Source: Bdellovibrionota bacterium FG-2 (GTDB lineage: Bacteria; Bdellovibrionota; UBA1018). Taken from it: a DNA stretch of 20,382 bases. Below the pieces are notes generated by a model that saw nothing but the letters and a program-made list of their open reading frames with translations, was not told the origin of the DNA and ran no database searches. Where the stretch lies: assembly GCA_051382305.1 (NCBI GenBank), contig JBBCAV010000428.1, forward strand, positions 1 to 20,382. Reading direction: 5' to 3'. Position 1 is the first letter of the stretch. The number at the start of each line of letters is the position of its first letter. The translations under genes were made by a program, and so were the position numbers. Shown here in pieces: positions 1 to 7,536 of the stretch.

Positions 1-187
1 ATTTCTGAGGCTCTCTTACTGACCCTTTTTGTAGCGCCTTTTTCCGGAGCCAATTGGGATCACGTTATCCGGTAGAGAGTTTGCCTCAGGTGAATTTTAG
101 TCGTCAGCTAAAAATGAAAAAAAACTCACGCGGGGGTGAAAAACTGATTTATGTCAGGTTGCGCACGGTCCGAAAAAGGACACTGCC
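1..187. mobile_element. Possible end of an insertion sequence interrupting the helicase gene (family not determined)
   Basis: Helicase-like sequence stops abruptly at about 185 and the frame has a TGA at 137-139. The minus strand read from 187 begins GGCAGTGTCC, like GG-starting IS termini. No partner IR or transposase is visible. Confidence 0.3.
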
Positions 188-556
188 GTTCAAGGCGGCA
201 CTTTTTCGGAGGGCGTGGATTACCGAAGCGAGATGGTGATCGGCGCGTTCGTGGTGGGGCCGCCGCTTCCGAACTTCGATCTCGAACGCGAGCAGATGAG
301 GCAGTACTATCAGGAACACTACGGGGCCGGATTCGATTATGCTTACAACATTCCCGCGATGGCCAAGGCGATTCAAGCCGCGGGCCGGGTGATTCGTTCT
401 GAAACTTACCGAGGACTCATCGTCCTGATGGACAGTCGCTTCGTACAGCCAAGCTATGCGCGTTCAATGCCCAAGGACTGGTTTGATACGCACGCAAGCG
501 AAGTCGTGTCGGCAGGCATTTTGAAAGAAGTCGCAGACTTTTGGAATGCGATCTGA
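185..556 (+). pseudogene. 3' fragment of DinG/Rad3(XPD)-family ATP-dependent DNA helicase
   Basis: Frame reads AVQGGTFSEGVDY...VVGPPLP...QAAGRVIRSE...LMDSRF (SF2 motifs V/VI). The N-terminal part is absent and there is an in-frame stop at 137. Confidence 0.8.
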
Positions 557-559
557 GGC

Positions 560-994
560 CTATGCCGCCTTTTGCTTAAGGGCGGCATTCATGGTCACTC
601 TCGCCTTTACAAGTTTTGAAATCGGGCAATTCGTTTTCGCGGTTTCTGCAAGCATTACGAATTTTTCTTGCGAGATCGTGGAAACGTCCGCGCTAACGTC
701 AAGGTGGATTTCGCTGATCTTCCAACCCGAACCGTCTTTTTCTAAAGTGAGGACCGCACTCGTGCTCACACTTTTTGAAGAGGCGCCCATTTTTTCCAAG
801 TCAGCAGAAAGGGCCATCGAAAAACATGCCGCATGAGCTGCGGCAACCAGCTCTTCAGGATTCGTCCCTGGGTCATTCTCAAAACGCGTCCCAAACGAAT
901 AGGGAACTTCGGAAAGCACCTTGCTCTCCGTCGTCAGGGTTCCACTTCCGTTTTTCAACCCACCATTCCAAACTGCATATGCTCTTCGCAACAT
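560..994 (-). CDS. osmC: OsmC-family peroxiredoxin
   Basis: GTNPEELVAAAHAACFSMALS and AKTNCPISK carry both catalytic Cys. GGAGG RBS upstream of the ATG. Confidence 0.93.
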   Translation of the reverse strand: MLRRAYAVWNGGLKNGSGTLTTESKVLSEVPYSFGTRFENDPGTNPEELVAAAHAACFSMALSADLEKMGASSKSVSTSAVLTLEKDGSGWKISEIHLDVSADVSTISQEKFVMLAETAKTNCPISKLVKARVTMNAALKQKAA

Positions 995-1082
995 TTAGGT
1001 TTCCTCCGATTTTAAACTGAGTTCCAGTTCCATGTTGCAAGTACGATGCAAACTCACAACGACTGCACTGCAAAAAAAACAG

Positions 1083-1111
1083 TTGCACCTTACGCGTTAT
1101 GTCTTTAGAAT
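1083..1111 (+). promoter_or_regulatory. Sigma70-type promoter of micropeptide module copy 1
   Basis: TTGCAC(1083-1088)-17 bp-TAGAAT(1106-1111), with an A-tract upstream. Conserved in copy 2. Confidence 0.75.
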
Positions 1112-1148
1112 CAAAACGTAACATCAACAACTAACCAAAGGAGCCAAC

Positions 1149-1184
1149 ATGGCAACCAAGAAAAAAGCTGCTAAGAAGAAGTAA
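1149..1184 (+). CDS. Lys/Ala-rich micropeptide MATKKKAAKKK (11 aa)
   Basis: AAAGGAG RBS at 1137-1143, ATG 1149, TAA 1182-1184. The paralog at 7337 differs only by synonymous changes plus an in-frame indel. Confidence 0.7.
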   Translation: MATKKKAAKKK

Positions 1185-1188
1185 ACCC

Positions 1189-1257
1189 TTCCCCACACTA
1201 TGTGGGTCATTAACAAGTGTGGGAGGCGGCACCCGTGTCCTCTCCCGACAGCTTCCC
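1189..1257 (+). ncRNA. Conserved 69-nt structured 3' RNA element, copy 1
   Basis: 63/69 identical to 7413-7481. Hairpins CCCACA/UGUGGG and GGGAGG..GGCA/UGUCCUCUCCC. Confidence 0.55.
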
Positions 1258-1263
1258 CTCACC

Positions 1264-3180
1264 TTAGTTGAAAGTTTCAGAGAGCCCTAGCGACACGACC
1301 GGAACGCGGGCCTTCGCAGGTACCTGATACAACTCAAGCACTGCGCTGTTAAGTTCCCCAAAAACATCAGAACTGAAGCCGCTCTCAAGCTGCCGCACAA
1401 TCTCCTCAATCTGATCCATAATGGGCTGTTGGGGCGCAGGAAACGGAAACTTTTCCAGATTTCCACGCAGCGTCTTTATCGAATTGAATTTGTTCTGATA
1501 ATAGAACTGTCCGAGCTGAGAGTTCAAAATCCCACAAATTGCCCGCAGCGAATAGCCGGGCAACCGCGGCAAAAGGACGTTAGCACTATTGAGGGTTAAG
1601 CGCTGTCCGCGGTCGATTGCAAAAACCAATTCTTTACAAATAAACCGGTAAACAAGCTTCTCCGCGACTCGATATTTATCCTCTGGAGCCACTTGCTGCA
1701 ATTCGTCTTTCTTAAAAAGCAGATGAGTGCCGGGGGTGCTAAGGCGAAAACGAAACACATCCGTGCCCTTAAGGATACACTCAAACCTATTTTTGGGAGC
1801 GTCCGACAGAAACCTCTCGTTATCCCCCGTCACAATTCCAAGCGCCCAATCAGCATTTCCTTTTAAGAAGAACGCTGCCTGCGCCTCCATATGCTTTAAG
1901 AGCCTGTCGCCAACTTCGTCTAAGCCAAAGGGAATGCAACTCTCTTCGTCAGCAATCAATTCGGAAACCGGCTTCCGAAGGAGCGATTTGTTTTCAATCA
2001 AAACCAAACTTTCTGCTTGGGGCGCGGTATTGCTTACCGTGATAGTGATGGCCTTCGTAAAGACGCCAGAGAATTTCTCAGAAACCGCTTTTACCGCCTT
2101 CAAATCATAATTCTTGAGAACGAATCTCCTAATGTCGCTATGAAGCTTTACATTCAAAAATGACTCTGGAAGCACAAACGACAGAACACCCTCGGGAGCC
2201 AGCATTTCCAACGACTTCGCTATGAAATAGGAGAATGATTCACCGGATTTAATTTCAGCATACTGCTGTTTCAAGCAGGTTTCATAATCGGGCGCAAAAT
2301 TCCCGCCCCAAGGGGGGTTTGTGCAAATAAAACGAAAACCCCCGCTAAACTGGGGGTCCTGCAAAGAGTCGCAACAAACTATTTGTTTAACTGAATTTGA
2401 TTTGCCCGCGCTGACCAGCGTGAGATTAGCTCTTGCGACCAACACTGCATTCATATCCAAATCGGCGCCAAATATCATCTCATGCGGTGATTCACCACCG
2501 ATTGCCTGAAGCCGCACAAAGGCTTCGATCAAGAAGCTACCGCTGCCGCAGCAGGGGTCGAAAAAGGTTCCAACTGACGTGACGGTTTCTGTCGCCATCT
2601 TCCGAATTAGACTCGGGGGCGTATAATAGGCGCCACCTTTTTGTTTATCTCCGACCAGGCTTAAGGTTTGATAAACAAAGCCCAGGGTATTATCTGAAAA
2701 ATCCAACTCAGCGGAACCGACCCAGGCATACGTCTTACCAAAAGTCTCGCATTGAATATCGACGCCCCAATCCCGTATCTCGTCATGGAGATGAGCCGCC
2801 TGAACCTTGAGTTTGCTGCCCCGAAACGAAATCAAGTTTAGGGCTTCCAAATGGCGAAAATAGAGCGCCAGCAAAAGATCTTTGGGTTCAAAAGAGTCAA
2901 AAGAAAGACGGGAAATCAGCCCAAGCAGTGGCAGCTCATTGCCCTTGTTCTCCAAAAGCTCCGAATGGGAGTGCGTTTGGGTATTTTGGTTCTTATTGGC
3001 CCGCTTTCGCAAGCGGCGAACTTCGCCCAGCGATATTTTTCCCTTAAGCGTGGTGACATCTGCCTCAAGAAAACAAAGTCCGCGGCTTGATTTACATGCG
3101 GGAACCAATCCGGATTTCACCCAGTTTCTTAGGGTCGCGGGTGACACCTCCAACAAACTGGCCGCATCGTTTATGTGCAT
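1264..3180 (-). CDS. N6-adenine DNA methyltransferase (gamma class, TaqI-like C-terminal TRD) with N-terminal HTH
   Basis: GAYYTP (motif X), FDPCCGSGSFL (motif I), NPPW (motif IV). N-terminal AASLLEVSPATLRNWVKSG is HTH-like. Start reassigned to ATG 3180 so the gene does not overlap its divergent neighbour. Confidence 0.9.
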   Translation of the reverse strand: MHINDAASLLEVSPATLRNWVKSGLVPACKSSRGLCFLEADVTTLKGKISLGEVRRLRKRANKNQNTQTHSHSELLENKGNELPLLGLISRLSFDSFEPKDLLLALYFRHLEALNLISFRGSKLKVQAAHLHDEIRDWGVDIQCETFGKTYAWVGSAELDFSDNTLGFVYQTLSLVGDKQKGGAYYTPPSLIRKMATETVTSVGTFFDPCCGSGSFLIEAFVRLQAIGGESPHEMIFGADLDMNAVLVARANLTLVSAGKSNSVKQIVCCDSLQDPQFSGGFRFICTNPPWGGNFAPDYETCLKQQYAEIKSGESFSYFIAKSLEMLAPEGVLSFVLPESFLNVKLHSDIRRFVLKNYDLKAVKAVSEKFSGVFTKAITITVSNTAPQAESLVLIENKSLLRKPVSELIADEESCIPFGLDEVGDRLLKHMEAQAAFFLKGNADWALGIVTGDNERFLSDAPKNRFECILKGTDVFRFRLSTPGTHLLFKKDELQQVAPEDKYRVAEKLVYRFICKELVFAIDRGQRLTLNSANVLLPRLPGYSLRAICGILNSQLGQFYYQNKFNSIKTLRGNLEKFPFPAPQQPIMDQIEEIVRQLESGFSSDVFGELNSAVLELYQVPAKARVPVVSLGLSETFN

Positions 3181-3225
3181 ATGCGGCCAACCTACCAGCC
3201 TCCCAATGTTCCCCACAAGCAAAAC

Positions 3226-3241
3226 TTTCAATGGATTGACA
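3226..3241. promoter_or_regulatory. Back-to-back -35 boxes with a palindrome between MTase and nuclease genes
   Basis: TCAAT-GG-ATTGA inverted repeat at 3228-3239 overlaps TTGACA (+, 3236-3241) and TTGAAA (-, 3231-3226). The matching -10 boxes are poor. Confidence 0.3.
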
Positions 3242-3274
3242 AGAGGGAAACCGCTCGGCATCGTTGGGAATATT

Positions 3275-3817
3275 ATGAACGCCAACAAATTCAGAGACGG
3301 TATCTTTAACTTAAAGACGAGAAGGCTCGGGAAGGTCGCCGAACTGATGATTCAGCGCCTCATCAGTTGTGGAAAAGGCAGGAGTCTATTCCATGACCTT
3401 TATGACGAGGATAAGAACCACCTGATCGAGGTCAAATTTTCAACGGTCAGAAAGAAAAATGACCGAACCCTTTCGGAAGAAACCGTTCTCAAGGGCATTG
3501 AAGACGAGCTAGCGGAAAATAGACAGGTAAGCTTCAAGAGCTGGAAGAATTTCACTTTCGACTGCAATATTCAGCAGATAAAAAAGGATCAGTTTGACAG
3601 CTTGTATTACGGCCTATTTTTTCATGATGTGGTCTTAATCTTCAAAATTGGGAGTCACGATATCACCAAAGAAAACCTCAACTATTCAGACAAGCAACAT
3701 AAGGGGAACAAGGGCGAAGGGCAGTTCCACATTAACCAAGACACCTTACCCAAGCACCTCAAGGACTACCTCTACAAACAAATCACTTATGAACAGTTGC
3801 TCGAACTCCTTCGATAG
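3275..3817 (+). CDS. Putative PD-(D/E)xK restriction endonuclease (180 aa)
   Basis: AELMI...HDLYD...IEVKFS pattern, adjacent and divergent to the MTase. The start is ATG 3275, since the longer ORF overlaps the MTase antisense. Confidence 0.65.
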   Translation: MNANKFRDGIFNLKTRRLGKVAELMIQRLISCGKGRSLFHDLYDEDKNHLIEVKFSTVRKKNDRTLSEETVLKGIEDELAENRQVSFKSWKNFTFDCNIQQIKKDQFDSLYYGLFFHDVVLIFKIGSHDITKENLNYSDKQHKGNKGEGQFHINQDTLPKHLKDYLYKQITYEQLLELLR

Positions 3818-3830
3818 GCGGGCCCCGGCA

Positions 3831-6095
3831 CTACGGGCTCCCAACGTCCAGTTCATGCACTGCCGCCCCCCCGAAAATCTCGCGGACCGCTGCCTTGATA
3901 CTTTCTTCTTTAGTAAAGATAATCACTTGCCATTCACTCTTTTTCTGAAATTCCGCGATCATTTTGAGCGCCTGCACCTCACGCTCCTTATCCATACTTA
4001 GAAAAGGCTCATCGAGCAGTAGCACAGGAAGTGGGCTCTTTAACTGCTCCGAGAGCGCGATCTTCACGGCCAGCAACAAAAGATCACGAGTCCCCTGTGA
4101 CAAATTCTGAGCCTCCCGACTCACCCCGCCCGCATCCCCCATAAAAACTAAAGAATCATTAAACCCAGAAGTGGCTACAAACCGCTCTTGCCCCAAAGCG
4201 AGTCTGATCAACTCTTGTACGCGCATGTTCACGCCATCCAGCCGATGAGAAGAATCCCTTTTCAGCTCTGAAAAAAGATCGGCTGCCATGCGCGCCCCCT
4301 TCTTGTCGCTTTCAAGCTCCAAAAGCTCTGCCTGAGCCCCGGCAAGATCCGCTTCCAGTCGGAGAATCGCCTCGGGAATGCCCTTCATCTCTCCCTTCAG
4401 AAGGCTTGACGACCCCTCCTGTTTCTTATCTCGCTCTGCAAACTCCGCGCGGAGTTTTTCATGGGCCGTCAATTTTGCGACGATCCTTTTTTCCAGCTCC
4501 TGAAGACTGGTATCAGTCATGAAGTCCTCGGGGACCTCTCCCTCATCCAATGTCTCGAGCGACCTAATCTGGGTTTCGACAAGCACTGACGCCTCAATGA
4601 CCGAGAGCGCCCCGAGCTCCGCCGGGAGAAGCCCCTTCTTCTCGAGAAGCTGGCTGGTCTTTTGCGCTAATTCTGCCTTCTTAATCAGATAGGCATCCTT
4701 GCCTTGGACTCCGATGCTCCTATAAAAAGAAGCTTCATCGTCCAAAACAATCTTCAGAGCCCTGTCAGCCTCTTCAAGCGTCATCGACTTCTTGTGAAGC
4801 TCCTCTTTACTGCTCGCCACCGTTTGGACTGACTCAAGAATCTGAGTTTCGAGAAGACGGTGCGCATTGACGATCTCGCTCAAGACCCCCAGGGCAGCAG
4901 AGGAGTTGCGGCCCTCAATAGGATGAGAGCTATACATGACGTTCCACCGGTTTGCTAGGCCACCCAGTTTGGTTTCCAGCGCCTGAACGTCCTTTACCAT
5001 CTCACTTCTTCTTGCCCAAAACCCAAGACCGCAGGCCACAACCACGCCAACCCCGATACAGATCAGATCAAGCGGACTTTGGGTTAAGAACGCAAGAATG
5101 ACCCCGATCATCAACGCCCCAAAAGCCATGCCGATTCGTGAACGAACCCAAGTGACCTGCTGACTAAAGCTCGGCTCGGCAATGGCCTGATTGATGGACC
5201 GACTTGCCTCCGCCGCCTCATCGGACATTTGTTTTAACTGGGAAAGCCCTGAATTCAGACGGTCATGCTTCTCCTTGGCCGTTGAGAGCACCTTTTTGAT
5301 TTCTTCAAGGCTGGCCCGCGTATCACCAAGTTCGCGCAATAACTTTTCGCGCTGCCCCTCAAATTCTTTGGGTTTGGCATCGCCCGCATTCCTCACCCCT
5401 GAAAACAACTCAATCTCTTTATCGAGAGCCATAATCGAATTCAGCGAGTTCCGATGCCTGATCAGTTCTTCTTTTTTGGCGTTGTGCTTCTTAGCAACCA
5501 GGCACCGCTTGAGCGCTTCAAGCTCAGAATTAGACTTGCCAATCTTAGCGGTAAGTTCTTTGAGCTGCTCCCCGAAATTGGAAATCTCCTTTTCCCGCCC
5601 CAAAATCTGATCGCGCTCTGCGACTTTGCCCAGCAGATCCTTACCAAGTTGGCTCAGCTGGAGTTTCGTCTCCTTGATCGCCCTCAAATGCTTATTATTG
5701 CCTGTTTCGGCACAAAGTTTCTCAAGTTTTCCTATTAAGGCATCCAGATCAATCCCCGCCAGACGACTAATGACGTCAGATTCCCAGTCGGCGTTATCGC
5801 CCAGCGTGACATCCCCGCTGCGAATCGAGTTCACATTCAAGAAATCCCCTACCCCAAGGACCTCACCGGGTACAGAGGGACCACTCAGCGTAACGGAAAT
5901 CTTATCCCCGTATCTAGAAATGATGCGCTTGCCCCAGACCGTCCCTTTTCCAGGGGAACAAAGGGAATTAAAGAAGGCATCGAAGAGTGTCGTCTTTCCC
6001 GCCTCATTTTTTCCAAAAAAGAGCGTACACCGAGCAAGCGGAAACCCCTTCTCGTTGAATTTGCCAAAATGCCCCAAATGAATTTTTTCGATCAT
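3831..6095 (-). CDS. SMC/Rad50-like ATPase (YhaN/SbcE-type) with central transmembrane hairpin
   Basis: Walker A GKNEAGKTT, signature LSQGT, Walker B LLLDEPF, long coiled coils and two hydrophobic segments mid-protein. ATG 6095 overlaps the upstream stop (ATGA). Confidence 0.85.
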   Translation of the reverse strand: MIEKIHLGHFGKFNEKGFPLARCTLFFGKNEAGKTTLFDAFFNSLCSPGKGTVWGKRIISRYGDKISVTLSGPSVPGEVLGVGDFLNVNSIRSGDVTLGDNADWESDVISRLAGIDLDALIGKLEKLCAETGNNKHLRAIKETKLQLSQLGKDLLGKVAERDQILGREKEISNFGEQLKELTAKIGKSNSELEALKRCLVAKKHNAKKEELIRHRNSLNSIMALDKEIELFSGVRNAGDAKPKEFEGQREKLLRELGDTRASLEEIKKVLSTAKEKHDRLNSGLSQLKQMSDEAAEASRSINQAIAEPSFSQQVTWVRSRIGMAFGALMIGVILAFLTQSPLDLICIGVGVVVACGLGFWARRSEMVKDVQALETKLGGLANRWNVMYSSHPIEGRNSSAALGVLSEIVNAHRLLETQILESVQTVASSKEELHKKSMTLEEADRALKIVLDDEASFYRSIGVQGKDAYLIKKAELAQKTSQLLEKKGLLPAELGALSVIEASVLVETQIRSLETLDEGEVPEDFMTDTSLQELEKRIVAKLTAHEKLRAEFAERDKKQEGSSSLLKGEMKGIPEAILRLEADLAGAQAELLELESDKKGARMAADLFSELKRDSSHRLDGVNMRVQELIRLALGQERFVATSGFNDSLVFMGDAGGVSREAQNLSQGTRDLLLLAVKIALSEQLKSPLPVLLLDEPFLSMDKEREVQALKMIAEFQKKSEWQVIIFTKEESIKAAVREIFGGAAVHELDVGSP

Positions 6096-7201
6096 AAAAC
6101 CTTTTTCAACTCTTGTAGCCCAATCATGCGGGCCTTCTCCCATATCGGGTAAGCCACATGGTCCCTCGCTGGTTTCTTGGCCTCGCAAAGCTCCAAAAAC
6201 CTTTTTGCCACGGGAAGCGCACTCACCCCCGCCAACACAATCACGTTTTCCGAGCTAAAGGAGAACCTTCGTATAGTTTTCCCAACGAACCGCTCCGTCA
6301 GCGCCGTCTCCAGCAAATGTAACGGATTCTCATCCTCGACGAGGCCACTGAAGCGAATCTCTACGTGGTCGTCTGGACCCCATTCGGGAGGAAACTCGTC
6401 ACTATAAAGGGGGGAATAAAGGGTAGAATCAAAGTTTAAGGGCGCGTCCCAGGTCCGGTATTGCCCTGCTTTTTTGAAGAAAACCCGGCTAGTGGTCAAC
6501 GTATCCGTGCATTCGATAAGCACCCCACCTCGTGGCCCGGTCTCCTTCTTCGTGCGCACTCTGGCAGAACCTGCATAACAAAGAATTAAGCCGCCCATCC
6601 GAATGGGTTGAGTGAGGGTATGCACATGCCCAAGAGCTGCGTAATCGACCTCATGCCGTAAGAAAACATCCCGATCCATCGCCCCAGCAGCCGTTTCTTC
6701 GTCCGGTGGAGGAAAACCCAAGCCTGAGAGCATGCCATGAGCCATCGCGATCCGAAATTTGGCCTTCTTGGGAGGAACCTTCCCCTGTGCAATCCAATCC
6801 CGATAGCCGCTGTATTCATCCTGATGTGGGATCGCCAGAATCTCCACCGCTGGATCGCCGGGAAGCAGCACCACCGACACCGGAGTCTCAGTAAACACCA
6901 GAGCAGGGTCGAAACGGGAGCGTTTGAACTCATTCATTGCACCGCCCGGTGCACCGCGGAGGACCTCATGATTTCCGGGAATAAAGCAGGTTTTTCCGCC
7001 AAATCTTGAAATGATTTTTCGAAAAGCTTCACTCAATTCTTTAACACTCTCCGCATCGTCAAAGACATCGCCACACAGAAGGAGATAGTCCGCCTTGAGC
7101 GCATTCGCCTGCTCAATGATCTCTTGAAGCACTCCGAGACTGTATTCTTTTTCCTCACCCGTGCTCAGATGAAGATCAGCAACATGCAGAAGTCGGGTCA
7201 T
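6092..7201 (-). CDS. Mre11/SbcD-like metallophosphoesterase nuclease
   Basis: HVADLHL, GDVFD, GNHE, AHG and GHVH motifs. GAGGAG RBS. Translationally coupled to the ATPase. Confidence 0.9.
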   Translation of the reverse strand: MTRLLHVADLHLSTGEEKEYSLGVLQEIIEQANALKADYLLLCGDVFDDAESVKELSEAFRKIISRFGGKTCFIPGNHEVLRGAPGGAMNEFKRSRFDPALVFTETPVSVVLLPGDPAVEILAIPHQDEYSGYRDWIAQGKVPPKKAKFRIAMAHGMLSGLGFPPPDEETAAGAMDRDVFLRHEVDYAALGHVHTLTQPIRMGGLILCYAGSARVRTKKETGPRGGVLIECTDTLTTSRVFFKKAGQYRTWDAPLNFDSTLYSPLYSDEFPPEWGPDDHVEIRFSGLVEDENPLHLLETALTERFVGKTIRRFSFSSENVIVLAGVSALPVAKRFLELCEAKKPARDHVAYPIWEKARMIGLQELKKVL

Positions 7202-7258
7202 TCAGTGTCTCCTCAAGAAGCGACACTACTCGATGGACAATGCGAAGGCAAAAAAAGG

Positions 7259-7287
7259 TTGCACCTCACGCGTTAAGCATTTAGACT
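7259..7287 (+). promoter_or_regulatory. Sigma70-type promoter of micropeptide module copy 2
   Basis: TTGCAC(7259-7264)-17 bp-TAGACT(7282-7287). The spacer motif ACGCGTTA is shared with copy 1. Confidence 0.75.
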
Positions 7288-7336
7288 AGAAAATGTAACG
7301 TCAACAACTGACACTAACCTAAACAAAGGAGCCCAC

Positions 7337-7408
7337 ATGGCAACTAAGAAAAAAGCAGCAAAAAAACCCGCTAAGAAAACCGCTAAAAAAGCTGCAAAAA
7401 AGAAGTAA
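7337..7408 (+). CDS. Histone H1-like Lys/Ala micropeptide MATKKKAAKKPAKKTAKKAAKKK (23 aa)
   Basis: AAAGGAG RBS at 7325-7331, ATG 7337, TAA 7406-7408. xAKK repeats. Confidence 0.75.
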   Translation: MATKKKAAKKPAKKTAKKAAKKK

Positions 7409-7412
7409 TCAA

Positions 7413-7481
7413 TTCCCCACACTGTGTGGGTTGTTAACAAGTGTGGGAGGGGGCATTCGTGTCCTCTCCCGACAGCTTCCC
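7413..7481 (+). ncRNA. Conserved 69-nt structured 3' RNA element, copy 2
   Basis: 11-bp stem GGGAGGGGGCA/UGUCCUCUCCC with a UUCG loop and two G-U pairs, so it folds on the + strand. A CCCACA/UGUGGG hairpin lies upstream. Confidence 0.55.
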
Positions 7482-7536
7482 ATCCTCTCCTCGTTCTTCC
7501 TCCCCGCCGCTCTTCTCTTCCCCTCTTAAAACACCC

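Noticed and set aside
1220-1257. Plain intrinsic terminator
   Set aside because: There is no poly-U on the + strand, the G-U pairs would be mismatches on the - strand, and conservation extends well beyond the stem.
1118-1257. Type I toxin-antitoxin or retron ncRNA
   Set aside because: The peptides are hydrophilic and basic rather than membrane toxins, no antisense promoter was seen, and there is no reverse transcriptase in the window.
2882-3288. Long overlapping N-terminal extensions of the MTase and nuclease ORFs
   Set aside because: These are antisense overlaps without domain content. Starts at 3180 and 3275 give a normal divergent layout.
7396-7402. A-AAA-AAG -1 frameshift site before a hairpin
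   Set aside because: It is not conserved in copy 1 and is expected by chance in Lys-rich codons.
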